Source: Acidimicrobiaceae bacterium
Lineage (GTDB): Bacteria > Actinomycetota > Acidimicrobiia > Actinomarinales > Actinomarinaceae
Reading direction: 5' to 3'
Assembly (NCBI GenBank): GCA_028404505.1
Contig: JAOOBM010000003.1
Span: forward strand, 86,759 to 150,758
DNA length: 64,000 bases
Shown here in pieces: positions 49,770-59,815 of the stretch. Under the pieces are notes generated by a model. The model was not told where the DNA came from. It saw only the letters and a list, made by a program, of their open reading frames with translations, and ran no database searches. Within the stretch, counting starts at the first letter, position 1; every line of letters begins with the position of its first letter. A program made the position numbers and the translations under genes.

Positions 49770-51764
49770 TTAGTCACTAACTGTAACGTTGCCAGGATTA
49801 CCACCTAATTGTTGTAATCCATCAAGCATATCAGTGAATGGGAATGCAATATTTTCTTTATATACCTCAAGAATTGGTGTTGTAACCAATACTAAATAAG
49901 GCATATCATCAAATAATAGTGCTTCCATTCTCTTACTTAATGCCTGTGCTTCGCTAACGCTCTTAGCTCCTTTGAATTCTGATACTAATTCAGCAAATTC
50001 AGGGTTCTTATATCCATCTGGACCGTTATATCCAGTTGTGTTAAATCCTTCATTTACACATGTATCGTTTGCTCCATCAAAGAAGTTTGTTGGGTGATCT
50101 GGAAATGCAGATAATCCCCAACCAAGCATGTAAACATGCCAATCTTTACAAGTTGCAGCTGTAAAGACTTTGTCAACTATGACACCAAAACCAGTTGGTC
50201 GAGCAACTATATCAACACCTAATTGTTGCATATAATCTGCAACGAATAGTGAGAATGTTGATCTAATTGGATCAAATCCTGGACCTGGAGCATATAGCAA
50301 CATGTTTTCTGGCATAGCTTCTCCATTAGGACCTTTAAGTCCTGTTGGAGCTATAGCTCTTTCAGCACCACCTGGGTGTGAACCCCAGTCAGTTGCTTGC
50401 CATCCAGCATCTTGTAATATCTGAATGGATTTCTCCCATTTTTCTTGTGCTGAGAGGCCTGCACAATCAGCGAGCACACCAGTAACTGGTGCAACCCATG
50501 ATGTAAGTGCGGCTGGCATCTGTCCATCCATATTGATTGCGACTCCTTGTAGAACATTGTTGATAACATAATCTTTATCGACAATACAACCTACAGCTTG
50601 TCTATAAGCTTTATTACTACCAGGAAAAACTCTGGTGTTAAACGCCATATATCTCATACCATTTGAGAAGTTAGAAATAACCTCTGTTCCAGGAATTCTG
50701 GAAAGCTTCTCATAAGTTGCTCTCTTAACACCGCTTGGGTTAAGAACGAAGTCAACATCTCCATTTTCAAACGCAAGATAAGCTGAATCTTGATCGTTAT
50801 AAATAGAGAATTCTACTTGTCCAACAAATGGTCCATTTGTATATGTGAAAGAATCTCCAGAAAGATCACCAAACTCACCTGATATTGCTGGTGCAACCCC
50901 GTTATCTTGGGTAAATGCTACACCACCGTTAGCATAGTTTGTTGTCTCTCCACCAAAATACATTGTATCTGGATCATATGACCAGGTATAAAATGCACCT
51001 TGTTCAATCTTGTCATACACAAAAGCGCTAGCAACCGGTGCTTCAGCACCAGAAACTGCTAATAGATCCTCTCTCGAAGTTGCGAATTGTTCCCAGTAAG
51101 CTTTTGATAAAGCTGGTGCAAGAGCTGCACCATATTGCCATCCAGTCAATCCTGGATCATAGTTAAATGAAATCTTAACTGTGTAGGCATCAACAGCTTC
51201 AACGTTAGTAACACATTCGACCTCACAATTTGATGGCCATACTGCGGCCCATTGACCTAACAATGGAAGTCCTTTAGCAGTATTATATGTGAATACCCAG
51301 TCTTCAGCTGTTATTGGGTTACCGTCACTCCACTCGTATCCTTCAGTAATAGGCACTGTATAGCTAAAAGTTCCATCACCGTTGTCGGTCGATGTTTCAA
51401 TAAGCTCAGTTGCCATTGATGGTATGAGTGTATAGTTTGGATATGAAATTCCAAACAATGAAACAGATTGGCCAGTCATCTGATATAGAGAGTAAGCATC
51501 TGTATCTGTGTCATACCATTTGAAGAGATTCTGTGTTGCAGGATCTTGAAATATAGCTAACTTAAATACACCGTCAGGTGCAGAAGATGACTCTTCTTGT
51601 GCAGGTGCAGCAGTTGTAGCTGGTGCAGCAGTTGTATCAGATGATTCTTCAACAACGTCATCAGCAGCGTCATCACTTGTGTCCCCACAAGCAACAACAA
51701 CCATTGCAAATACAACAAAAAGCATTAAAAATCGCCAACTTCTTGAGTTAGTTTTTATACTCAA
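49770..51764 (-). CDS. ABC transporter substrate-binding lipoprotein, family 5 (peptide/nickel type)
   Basis: 664 aa, with a TTG start preceded by AAGGAG. It has a lipoprotein signal with the lipobox VVAC, then an acidic Ala/Thr/Ser-rich linker, then an SBP family 5-like body. It heads the opp/dpp-type operon. Confidence 0.85.
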   Translation of the reverse strand: MSIKTNSRSWRFLMLFVVFAMVVVACGDTSDDAADDVVEESSDTTAAPATTAAPAQEESSSAPDGVFKLAIFQDPATQNLFKWYDTDTDAYSLYQMTGQSVSLFGISYPNYTLIPSMATELIETSTDNGDGTFSYTVPITEGYEWSDGNPITAEDWVFTYNTAKGLPLLGQWAAVWPSNCEVECVTNVEAVDAYTVKISFNYDPGLTGWQYGAALAPALSKAYWEQFATSREDLLAVSGAEAPVASAFVYDKIEQGAFYTWSYDPDTMYFGGETTNYANGGVAFTQDNGVAPAISGEFGDLSGDSFTYTNGPFVGQVEFSIYNDQDSAYLAFENGDVDFVLNPSGVKRATYEKLSRIPGTEVISNFSNGMRYMAFNTRVFPGSNKAYRQAVGCIVDKDYVINNVLQGVAINMDGQMPAALTSWVAPVTGVLADCAGLSAQEKWEKSIQILQDAGWQATDWGSHPGGAERAIAPTGLKGPNGEAMPENMLLYAPGPGFDPIRSTFSLFVADYMQQLGVDIVARPTGFGVIVDKVFTAATCKDWHVYMLGWGLSAFPDHPTNFFDGANDTCVNEGFNTTGYNGPDGYKNPEFAELVSEFKGAKSVSEAQALSKRMEALLFDDMPYLVLVTTPILEVYKENIAFPFTDMLDGLQQLGGNPGNVTVSD

Positions 51765-51784
51765 TTTTTCTCCTTTTTGTATAC

Positions 51785-51808
51785 AAAAAATCCACTTAAA
51801 AAGTGGAT
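51785..51808 (-). promoter_or_regulatory. 5'-UTR stem-loop with U-run (ATCCACTT-ttt-AAGTGGAT-TTTTT) immediately upstream of the SBP ribosome binding site
   Basis: A perfect 8-bp inverted repeat at 51790-51808 is followed, on the - strand, by T5 and then GTATACAAAAAGGAG. It could be an attenuator, a 5' stabiliser or the distal der terminator. Confidence 0.5.
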
Positions 51809-51814
51809 GTACTC

Positions 51815-51842
51815 ATATTAGATGTGTTAATGACGATATCAA
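51815..51842 (-). promoter_or_regulatory. candidate sigma-70-type promoter of the peptide ABC operon
   Basis: On the - strand: TTGATA (51842-51837), a 16-nt spacer, then TAATAT (51820-51815). The predicted transcription start falls a few nt before the stem-loop. Confidence 0.4.
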
Positions 51843-51985
51843 GATATATAAATAATTATTTATACATTTATTTGATAATTTAGTACTAAAAGTTTACAAA
51901 AATGTTAATTACAACCTGATAAATTCGTACTACGAGGTAGAAACCAAATAAAAAAACACCAAATTTAAATCCAAAATTTTCCATA

Positions 51986-53287
51986 TCAAGTCTTATATTT
52001 AATCTTTAATGAAACATTCTTAAATCCAAATTCGTCTCTTAATTTATTTTCAATAAAAGAATAATAATTTTTAGGTATTCTAGAACTCAAATTAAATGAA
52101 AATGAAGGTGGAGATATGTCATATTGAGTTACATACTTTAATTTTGCTCTTTTTCCTCTAAAAGGATGAGGAGGTTTTGCAACCCACAATTCTCTAAAAT
52201 ATAAATTTAAATCAGATGTATCAATTCTATTATTTAACTGGCTATTGACTTCATTCAAAGTTTTTGAAAATTTATTAAGACCTTTCGTTGTAAGTGCAGA
52301 GATTCTAATGACATTAAGCCAACTAAATTTTTTTAGTTGAGTTTTCAAATTTGAATTAATATTTAATTTATCTTCTTCATTAAGAAGGTCCCATTTGTTC
52401 AGTACTAAAATTGGAGTACAAAAATTTTCTATAGATTCATTAATTAATCTCATATCTTCCAAGTTTATTCCTTGAGTAGAATCAACAACAATGAATGAAA
52501 TCAATGAATGATTTAAGGTTTTTATAGATAAATCAGATGCATATCTATCTATTTGATCTTTTTGTTTTTTTCTAGGCACGCCTGCAGTATCGAGTATATT
52601 AAATACTTTATCGTCAAAAATAACTTCTTCTATAATGGAATCTCTTGTTGTTCCAGGTATATCTGATACAATTGATCTTTCCTTCTCAAGAAATGCATTG
52701 AATAATGTAGATTTACCTGAATTTGGTTTTCCAATTATAGAAATTGCGTTTTTATTATTCAGGTCACCACTTTTTTTTACACCAGAATATTTAATCAAGT
52801 CATCTAATAATTCGTCTGTGCCAATTTTGTGAAATCCAGATATATAAATTTCTCTACCGTAAATATATTTGAACATCCTTTTATCAAGATCGTAATCATT
52901 AAAATTTTCACACTTATTGAAAACTGTTGTTACTTTATCTACAACATTATTGATTTGAAGTAAATTGTTTATTTTATCAAGTCCAGTGAAATTTTTTGAA
53001 TTTATATCAATTACAAATAAAACGCGACCAGCATCTTCTAACAAATGTTGAAAATTATCCTGAAATGCTTTATTAAAGTTGTCTGGATTTTCATCAAAAC
53101 CTGGTAGGTCAGATATTGTTATTTGTTTGTTGTTAATTTCTATAACTGTACTTATTTTATCCCGAGTAGTATTTGGTTCAGATCCTATAATTGAGTTTTT
53201 CTTATTTGTTAGAGTATTAATAAGTGTAGATTTACCTGAATTAGGTAACCCAATTAAAATTACTTCGTTTTTTTTATTTTCGTTCAT
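51986..53287 (-). CDS. der: ribosome-associated GTPase Der (EngA)
   Basis: 433 aa with two GTPase domains (GLPNSGKSTL...DLPG; GKPNSGKSTL...DTAG, NKWD) and a C-terminal KH-like domain. It is in the cmk-der context. Confidence 0.9.
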   Translation of the reverse strand: MNENKKNEVILIGLPNSGKSTLINTLTNKKNSIIGSEPNTTRDKISTVIEINNKQITISDLPGFDENPDNFNKAFQDNFQHLLEDAGRVLFVIDINSKNFTGLDKINNLLQINNVVDKVTTVFNKCENFNDYDLDKRMFKYIYGREIYISGFHKIGTDELLDDLIKYSGVKKSGDLNNKNAISIIGKPNSGKSTLFNAFLEKERSIVSDIPGTTRDSIIEEVIFDDKVFNILDTAGVPRKKQKDQIDRYASDLSIKTLNHSLISFIVVDSTQGINLEDMRLINESIENFCTPILVLNKWDLLNEEDKLNINSNLKTQLKKFSWLNVIRISALTTKGLNKFSKTLNEVNSQLNNRIDTSDLNLYFRELWVAKPPHPFRGKRAKLKYVTQYDISPPSFSFNLSSRIPKNYYSFIENKLRDEFGFKNVSLKIKYKT

Positions 53288-53313
53288 ATTTTAAATATAG
53301 CTATTCTTATTTT

Positions 53314-54345
53314 ATGGTAGATAATCTATATGTTGTAACACCAAGAGGATTTTGTGCTGGAGTGGAAATGGCAATTAAAGCTTTAACATGGATGCTAAAA
53401 ATTTATGATGAACCTGTATATTGTTATCACGAAATTGTTCACAATGACTGGATTGTTCAAAAGTTTAAAGAAAAAAACGTAATTTTTATTGAAGATCCTA
53501 AAGAATTGCCAGCAAATTCAATTGTGATGCTTTCAGCTCATGGTACTGCACCAAAAGTTGAAATGGAATTCAAAAACATTTCAATGACAAGTGTCAATTC
53601 TGTATGTCCCCTTGTAACAAAAGTTCATCATGAAGCAAAAAAATTTAGTGAAAATGGAAAAAAAATAATATATGTAGGTCATAAAAATCATGATGAAGCC
53701 ATAGGCGCTTTAGGTGTGGCACCAAATAATATGATTCTAGTTGAGACTGTTGATGATCTCGACAATAAAAGCTTGCGAAAAGAAAATGTTGCACTCCTTG
53801 CTCAAACTACACTTGCTATGTCTGAATGGGAACCTATATTAGATAAAGCTAAAAATGAATTCGAAAATATTGAATTACCGAGAAAAAGTGACCTTTGTTA
53901 TGCGACTACAAACAGGCAAAAAGCATTAATAAATATTTCAAATAAAGTAGATAAAGTGCTGGTGGTTGGTTCAAGTACTTCTAGTAATACAAATGCATTG
54001 GTAACTACTATAAATAATCTAGGTAAAGATGCTTATAGAATCGAAACATTAGACGATTTAAGAAATTTGAATTTAGACGGCACAGACGTAGCGATAACTG
54101 CTGGAGCATCAGCGCCCGATCATATAGTAAAAGAGATAACAGAACATTTAAATCCCAATAATTTAGAGTTTTATATTGACACAACAGAAGAAGAGTATTT
54201 TCCACTTCCTAAAGAATTAAGACGCAACATTGCCGGACTTTCAAAACTTTTAAATAATATGTTTCCAAAAAATAATAAAGTAGCCTTAAATGGGATATCT
54301 AAAGATAAAAGCTGGTCTGCTACTGAAGCTTTAAGTTCTCTATAA
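53314..54345 (+). CDS. ispH: 4-hydroxy-3-methylbut-2-enyl diphosphate reductase
   Basis: 343 aa with PRGFCAGVEMAI, HEIVHN, SAHG, CPLVTKVH and TTNRQ motifs. The C-terminal tail of about 40 aa is unconserved and runs into cmk. Confidence 0.9.
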   Translation: MVDNLYVVTPRGFCAGVEMAIKALTWMLKIYDEPVYCYHEIVHNDWIVQKFKEKNVIFIEDPKELPANSIVMLSAHGTAPKVEMEFKNISMTSVNSVCPLVTKVHHEAKKFSENGKKIIYVGHKNHDEAIGALGVAPNNMILVETVDDLDNKSLRKENVALLAQTTLAMSEWEPILDKAKNEFENIELPRKSDLCYATTNRQKALINISNKVDKVLVVGSSTSSNTNALVTTINNLGKDAYRIETLDDLRNLNLDGTDVAITAGASAPDHIVKEITEHLNPNNLEFYIDTTEEEYFPLPKELRRNIAGLSKLLNNMFPKNNKVALNGISKDKSWSATEALSSL

Positions 54346-54934
54346 TAAGTGCAATTGTTTCATCAATTGTTAAATTTGAATTATCAACAACCAGTGCACC
54401 TTCTGGAATAGTTAAAGGAGAAAATACTCTATTTTTATCTTCAAAATCTCTTCTTTTAACATCGGATACCGTTTCCTCCATATTTGATTGACCTTCTCTT
54501 CTTTTACCTCTGGTTACCAAATCTGCATCTAAATATACTTTGTATTTAGCGTCTGGAAATACAACACTACCCATGTCCCGACCCTCAATTACAAGTGGTT
54601 TGTCGAGATTTTCGAAATAACTAATTAAACAATCTTTAACTAACATTCTTAACCCTACTTTTTTTGCAATTTCAGAACTTTTTACAGAAACTTCATTGTC
54701 ATATAAATCTTCTTCATTAAAAATTACACCATTAACATTGCACTGATCAGAAACAATTTCTATTTTTAAATCTACAATTTGAACATTTTTGTTATTTAGT
54801 AAAAATTTTGCAACAGATCTATAAATAGATCCACTTGAGAAAAAACAAGAATTTAATATAGTTGCAATATTTTTGCCAACTGAGGTTTTTCCAACTCCGG
54901 ATGGGCCATCAATTGTTAAAAGAAACTTTTCCAT
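54320..54934 (-). CDS. cmk: cytidylate kinase
   Basis: 204 aa with IDGPSGVGKTS, GRDMG and RR..RD motifs. Confidence 0.9.
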   Translation of the reverse strand: MEKFLLTIDGPSGVGKTSVGKNIATILNSCFFSSGSIYRSVAKFLLNNKNVQIVDLKIEIVSDQCNVNGVIFNEEDLYDNEVSVKSSEIAKKVGLRMLVKDCLISYFENLDKPLVIEGRDMGSVVFPDAKYKVYLDADLVTRGKRREGQSNMEETVSDVKRRDFEDKNRVFSPLTIPEGALVVDNSNLTIDETIALIIENLKLQ

Positions 54935-54951
54935 ATATTGATTCTATATTT

Positions 54952-55599
54952 CTAGTTACTGTTTATTTGTGATAATTGACCAATTTTCATATCTTCTATT
55001 GAAAAATTGCCAATAGAAATTCTTTTTAAATTTCTAATTTCAACATTGTTTTTTGCAAATACTCTTCTAATTTCTCTGTTTTTTCCAGTATTAAGAGTCA
55101 CTTTATATTCAAATTTATTCAATTTTCTCAATTTATTTATAACAAGTTTTTCGTTTTTATCAGTTACAACTCTTTTAAAAGAGTTAAGAACAATTGGTTG
55201 TGAAACGGTTACTAAGTATTCTTTTTCATACCCCTTTGAGGGATGATTAATACTGTTCAGCCAATCTCCATCATTGCTTAATAGCATCAACCCTTCTGAA
55301 TCTTTATCAAGCCTTCCACTGTATTTAAGTGAATTATCAACTATGTCATATATAGTCTTAGATTTTCCTTGTGCTTTTGTAGAGCAGACATAACCTATCG
55401 GTTTATAAAATTTGAAATATTTATACACAATCTTTGATGACAAAATTTTGTTTTGATATGTGATTACATCTGTAGTCATAATATCTTGCCCTATAACTGC
55501 AAGTTTATTATTGACAGTTATTTTTTTTGCTTTAATTAATTCATCAGCATTTCTTCTTGATGTATTTAGGTGAAGAGCTAAATATTTATTAATTCTCAA
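54952..55599 (-). CDS. rluB: pseudouridine synthase (RsuA/RluB family)
   Basis: 215 aa with a TTG start, an N-terminal S4 domain (RINKYLA....SRR.AD.LI) and the catalytic GRLDKDSEGLMLLSNDG motif. Confidence 0.85.
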   Translation of the reverse strand: MRINKYLALHLNTSRRNADELIKAKKITVNNKLAVIGQDIMTTDVITYQNKILSSKIVYKYFKFYKPIGYVCSTKAQGKSKTIYDIVDNSLKYSGRLDKDSEGLMLLSNDGDWLNSINHPSKGYEKEYLVTVSQPIVLNSFKRVVTDKNEKLVINKLRKLNKFEYKVTLNTGKNREIRRVFAKNNVEIRNLKRISIGNFSIEDMKIGQLSQINSN

Positions 55600-56127
55600 T
55601 TATTCTTCTTCAGATGGCGATGAGAAATATTCACCGATATTAGGTAAATCATTTAAACTTTCAAAGCCTATTTTCTCTAAAAACTCATCTGTCGTTGAAT
55701 ATAAAATAGGACTACCAGGAACATCCAGCTCCCCTGACTTGTAGACTAGACCTCGGGATTCAAGAGTCTTTATAGATGATTCAGATTCTACTCCCCTGAT
55801 CTCAGAGACTTTTACCTTTGTAACTGGTTGTTCATATGCAATTATCGCAAGAGTTTCTAAAGCTGGCGTTGATAAGCCTTTTAAAACTGATGGAGGCTTC
55901 ACTGAATCTAAATATTTTGGTATATCATTTACAGTCACTAAATCAGATTTTGTTGAATCAAATCGTAAATAAAATCCAAAACCAAGATTGTTTAAGTCGT
56001 TGTTAATTTCATCAAATAATTTAACTAGTTTATTTCCATCTATCTCTAAAAGTTCTTCAAAATAGGAGTTTTGCACGGGACCATCACTTACCAAAAGGGT
56101 CGCTGTTATGATTTTCTTATTCTTCAT
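55600..56127 (-). CDS. scpB: segregation and condensation protein B
   Basis: It has ScpB winged-helix repeats (ALETLAIIAYEQPVTKVKVSEIRGV.S...I..L..RGLV). I prefer the ATG at 56127 (MKNKKII..), an 11-nt overlap with scpA. The ORF-track start is 56154. Confidence 0.85.
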   Translation of the reverse strand: MKNKKIITATLLVSDGPVQNSYFEELLEIDGNKLVKLFDEINNDLNNLGFGFYLRFDSTKSDLVTVNDIPKYLDSVKPPSVLKGLSTPALETLAIIAYEQPVTKVKVSEIRGVESESSIKTLESRGLVYKSGELDVPGSPILYSTTDEFLEKIGFESLNDLPNIGEYFSSPSEEE

Positions 56128-56827
56128 AATTTTTTTCAATCTTAATAAGCTCATTATTATTAACTTGTTCTGCTTTTACAAATCCCCAACGTATTGCTTC
56201 TAGTAAAGCTAAAAAAATTGCAACTGCTTGTTCGGAAGTCTCAACTTCAGAGGCAAGCTCTTCAAAAGAAGTATTTAATCTTTGGTCTACACTAGACAAT
56301 AAAGAATTGATCGCTTCATCTATGTCAGGTAAATCGTACTCGATATGATCAAAGCCTTTAATTGATTTATATCTAATAAAAACTTCTTCAGCTGTTTCTT
56401 GAAATATTTTTTTATCAATAGTAATTTCAATATCAGGTTTACTAAATAAATTTAAAGTCTGATAATATTTGAAAGCACTTATAGACATTTCATTTTCGCG
56501 TATTCTTGAGGCAAGAGCAATTCCAACTTCTGAAAAAGCTTTAAACTGTAATAATCTTGCAAATGCCAAATCTTTGTCCTTAATCAATTGAATTTCGTCA
56601 ATCCAATCAACATCTTCATTTTGGGGAAGTAAACTTTTAGCTTTTAATTCAAATAATGAGGCAACTAGCAAAACAATCTCTGAAAAACTATCAATATCTT
56701 TTCTAACATTTTCGACATTTAAAGACGAGAAGAGATTTAATAGGTTAGTGTTTAAATCATTATTTTTATTATCAGAAAAATCGATAAGTAATGATTTAAG
56801 ATTTGAAATTAAGTCATTTAAATCCAT
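56117..56827 (-). CDS. scpA: segregation and condensation protein A
   Basis: 236 aa. It is ScpA-like (ELFELKAKSLLP ..., C-terminal winged helix ..FLALLE..R) and sits directly upstream of scpB. Confidence 0.8.
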   Translation of the reverse strand: MDLNDLISNLKSLLIDFSDNKNNDLNTNLLNLFSSLNVENVRKDIDSFSEIVLLVASLFELKAKSLLPQNEDVDWIDEIQLIKDKDLAFARLLQFKAFSEVGIALASRIRENEMSISAFKYYQTLNLFSKPDIEITIDKKIFQETAEEVFIRYKSIKGFDHIEYDLPDIDEAINSLLSSVDQRLNTSFEELASEVETSEQAVAIFLALLEAIRWGFVKAEQVNNNELIKIEKNYEE

Positions 56828-57300
56828 TAATAATCAGTTTTATCCAATATGAAGTGTTTATTCTGTAATAGTTCTTTTTTATAGTATTGAATAATGTCAT
56901 CATTAACTGAATATTTTTCTAATTCAGTTAAGCCATTTATTTCATGATCAAGATATAAACGAGATTTATTATTGTTTACAATTTTCAGTTCAGAAAATAT
57001 CCTAAATATCCATGAAAAATGTGATATTGATTTTCCAATGTCATGAATAAGAGAAAGAGTAAATAAATTATTTAACGACTCCAATTCTTTAATGGACAGT
57101 GATTCATTATCAAAAGACATATCTATTGTGCGCTCAAGAACTTCTACAGAATGATGCCTGTCTTGCATTGAGAGTTGCCAAAATAATCTTAGAAGATTGT
57201 CGTCGTTTAGTTGTTGCATGACTTTAATCTGATCTTCAACTGGAAGATGTTTATAAAACAAAAACCTGATTGCTCTTTTGATTTTTAAATACAATTTCAT
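56827..57300 (-). CDS. HD-domain protein
   Basis: 157 aa with H...H (RHHSVEV) and LIHDIGK motifs. It forms ATGA and TAATG junctions with xerD and scpA. Confidence 0.6.
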   Translation of the reverse strand: MKLYLKIKRAIRFLFYKHLPVEDQIKVMQQLNDDNLLRLFWQLSMQDRHHSVEVLERTIDMSFDNESLSIKELESLNNLFTLSLIHDIGKSISHFSWIFRIFSELKIVNNNKSRLYLDHEINGLTELEKYSVNDDIIQYYKKELLQNKHFILDKTDY

Positions 57301-58178
57301 GCTCTTGGATGACTCTCTTTAAATATTTCAACCAAAAATTCCTTGGTTAATTTAGTATAAATCTTTGTTGTAGAAACTGATGTATGTCCTAATAATTCTT
57401 GTAGTGTTCTCAAGTCACATCCTGCCTCAAGCATATGTGTAGCTGCACTATGTCTCAATGTGTGTGGATGAACCGATAATGCATTACCCGAAAGTGTTGA
57501 AGACTTTTTAATAATTCTAAAAATTGCTGATCTATCGAGCTGATTCATGTTTTTTGATAAAAATAAGTATGGTTCTTGAGTGTTTAATTCATCACGAAAT
57601 TTTAAGTACTTTGATAAATTAATTTTTAATTCAGAGCCTATTGGCACAATTCTCTGTTTAGAACCTTTTCCAAATAGCTTTACAAAATCTTCTTCAAAAT
57701 CTAAATCTGATACTCTTACGTCACAAAGTTCCGAAACTCTACAGGCAGTTGAGTACATAAAATCAATCAACGTTAAATTTCTAGAGTTCATATAGTTTGA
57801 ATGATCATAGATGTCTATTAATCTATTAACGTCTGATACTGATATGGTTTCAGGTAGATAAGAGCCTTTTTTTAAACTAACTTTCTCAATAACAATCTGA
57901 TATTCCTTATTATCTAAATTAAACCAATCAATATATTGATTTATAGAAGAAATTTTTCTTATCTTCGAATTATCAGATTTGTCATTTAGTTCTGAAGTTA
58001 TGAATAACTCAATTAGATCATTATTGATTATATTTTCACCGGTAAATTCTAAAAATTGAGTTATATCTGATTCATATGCGCTTATAGTGTTTGCTGATAG
58101 CCCTTTTTTAAATTTTAAAAAATTTGTGAACTCTTGGACTAAATCTTTGTTACTTTTCTTTGACTGTTTCTGAGACAA
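57297..58178 (-). CDS. xerD: site-specific tyrosine recombinase XerD
   Basis: 293 aa with a TTG start. It has an N-terminal SAM-like domain (LSANTISAYESDI.QF) and the catalytic R...HxxR...Y residues (ACRVSEL, HTLRHSAATHMLE.G.DLR..QELLGH.S.STT.IY). It is in the pyrG-xerD-scpAB context. Confidence 0.85.
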   Translation of the reverse strand: MSQKQSKKSNKDLVQEFTNFLKFKKGLSANTISAYESDITQFLEFTGENIINNDLIELFITSELNDKSDNSKIRKISSINQYIDWFNLDNKEYQIVIEKVSLKKGSYLPETISVSDVNRLIDIYDHSNYMNSRNLTLIDFMYSTACRVSELCDVRVSDLDFEEDFVKLFGKGSKQRIVPIGSELKINLSKYLKFRDELNTQEPYLFLSKNMNQLDRSAIFRIIKKSSTLSGNALSVHPHTLRHSAATHMLEAGCDLRTLQELLGHTSVSTTKIYTKLTKEFLVEIFKESHPRA

Positions 58179-59778
58179 TGTTTTCTGATTTTATTGATAT
58201 GTTTTTAATTGAAGCAAGTACAAATTCTTTGAATAAAGGAGCTGGGTCCCATGGCCTTGATTTAAATTCAGGATGAAATTGCGAAGCTATAAAAAACGGG
58301 TGGTCTGGAATTTCTATTATTTCAACTAAATTATTGTCTGGGGAAACTCCCCCAATTTTTAGACCTTTTTCTACTAATATATCTCTATATTTATTATTCA
58401 CCTCATATCTGTGCCTATGTCTCTCATAAATTACTTCATCACTATAAATTTGTGCAGCTAATGAATCATCATTTAATTTACATGGGTACGTACCTAGTCT
58501 CATAGATGCACCGACATCATCTTTTTCTAAATCTTGATTTGGTAGTAAATCAATCACATAATTTTTTGTGTTTTTTGAAAATTCTGAAGAGTTTGCATCA
58601 TCAATTCCACAAACATTTCTTGCAAATTCGATTACAGCACATTGTAATCCTAAACATATACCTAAAAATGGTATGTTATTTTTTCTAATGTACTCTATTG
58701 CTGAAATCTTACCTTCTATCCCCCTGTATCCAAATCCTCCTGGGACAATAACCCCGTCCATATCTTGTAGATTTTCTATTTCAAAATTGTCTGCATCTAT
58801 CCAGTGAAGATCGAGTTTTACTTTATTTTGAAGACACGCATGATTAAGTGACTCTACAACAGAGAGGTAGCTATCTGGTAATCCAAAATATTTTCCAAGG
58901 ATTGCAATCTTAACTGTTTCATTTGCTTCAAGTTTAAGATTTACCATTGTTTTCCATTCCTCTAATGAAGGTTCATTAGTTTGTAGATTCAATCTCTCAT
59001 CCACTGATTTATCAAGTCCTTCATCACGCATCCTTAAAGGAACGGCATAGATGTCATCTAAATCAGGTGCATTAATTACATTATTTACTGCAACATCGCA
59101 AAATAATGAAACTTTGCTCTTTATCTCATCATTAAGTTCTCTGTCTGATCTCAAAACAATTAAATCAGGAGAGATACCTGCTGCTCTTAATAAAGATACG
59201 GAATGTTGAGTAGGTTTTGTTTTTAATTCGGTACTTGGACCGATAAAAGGTACCAATGTGACATGAATAAACATTACGTTTTCAGTTCCTAATTCTTTCC
59301 TTATTTGTCTTGCAGCTTCAAGAAATGGAAGAATTTCAATATCTCCAACGGTTCCCCCAATTTCAGTGATTTGAACATCTACATCATTTGAGATTCCCTT
59401 AATTCTTCTTTTTATTTCATCAGTAATATGGGGAATAACTTGAACAGTTGCACCTAAGTAATCTCCTTTTCTCTCACTTTCAATTACTTTTCTGTAAATA
59501 CTTCCTGTAGTAACGTTGGAGTCTTTTCTTAAATTAACGCCTGTAAACCTTTCATAATGACCAAGATCTAAATCAGTTGTTGCTCCATCTTCAGTTACAA
59601 AAACTTCACCATGTTGAAAGGGATTCATTGTATCCGGATCAACATTAATATAAGGATCTAATTTTTGATTTATAACGCTTAATCCACGAGCTTTGAGAAG
59701 GTTTCCAAGAGATGCAGATGTAATCCCTTTACCAAGACCAGAGACAACACCACCGGTGACAAAAATGTATTTGGTCAC
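58150..59778 (-). CDS. pyrG: CTP synthase
   Basis: 542 aa with [28 protein letters not shown] and the glutaminase domain GICLGLQ / HRHRYE motifs. Confidence 0.97.
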   Translation of the reverse strand: MTKYIFVTGGVVSGLGKGITSASLGNLLKARGLSVINQKLDPYINVDPDTMNPFQHGEVFVTEDGATTDLDLGHYERFTGVNLRKDSNVTTGSIYRKVIESERKGDYLGATVQVIPHITDEIKRRIKGISNDVDVQITEIGGTVGDIEILPFLEAARQIRKELGTENVMFIHVTLVPFIGPSTELKTKPTQHSVSLLRAAGISPDLIVLRSDRELNDEIKSKVSLFCDVAVNNVINAPDLDDIYAVPLRMRDEGLDKSVDERLNLQTNEPSLEEWKTMVNLKLEANETVKIAILGKYFGLPDSYLSVVESLNHACLQNKVKLDLHWIDADNFEIENLQDMDGVIVPGGFGYRGIEGKISAIEYIRKNNIPFLGICLGLQCAVIEFARNVCGIDDANSSEFSKNTKNYVIDLLPNQDLEKDDVGASMRLGTYPCKLNDDSLAAQIYSDEVIYERHRHRYEVNNKYRDILVEKGLKIGGVSPDNNLVEIIEIPDHPFFIASQFHPEFKSRPWDPAPLFKEFVLASIKNISIKSENIVSETVKEK

Positions 59779-59815
59779 ATTGAAACTTTAGCATATAAAG
59801 AATTAAATAAAAGGA

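Noticed and set aside
49770-51764. Calling the compositionally atypical SBP gene a horizontally transferred island.
   Set aside because: The gene heads an intact operon whose permeases and ATPases show intermediate composition, and it has no flanking mobility signatures. Expression-linked or functional constraint explains the data at least as well, so it is kept only as an open alternative in the findings.
57297-58178. A tyrosine recombinase as a possible marker of an integrated mobile element or prophage.
   Set aside because: It has XerD-type motifs and sits in the conserved pyrG-xerD-scpAB housekeeping context with overlapping junctions. There are no flanking repeats, phage genes or tRNA.
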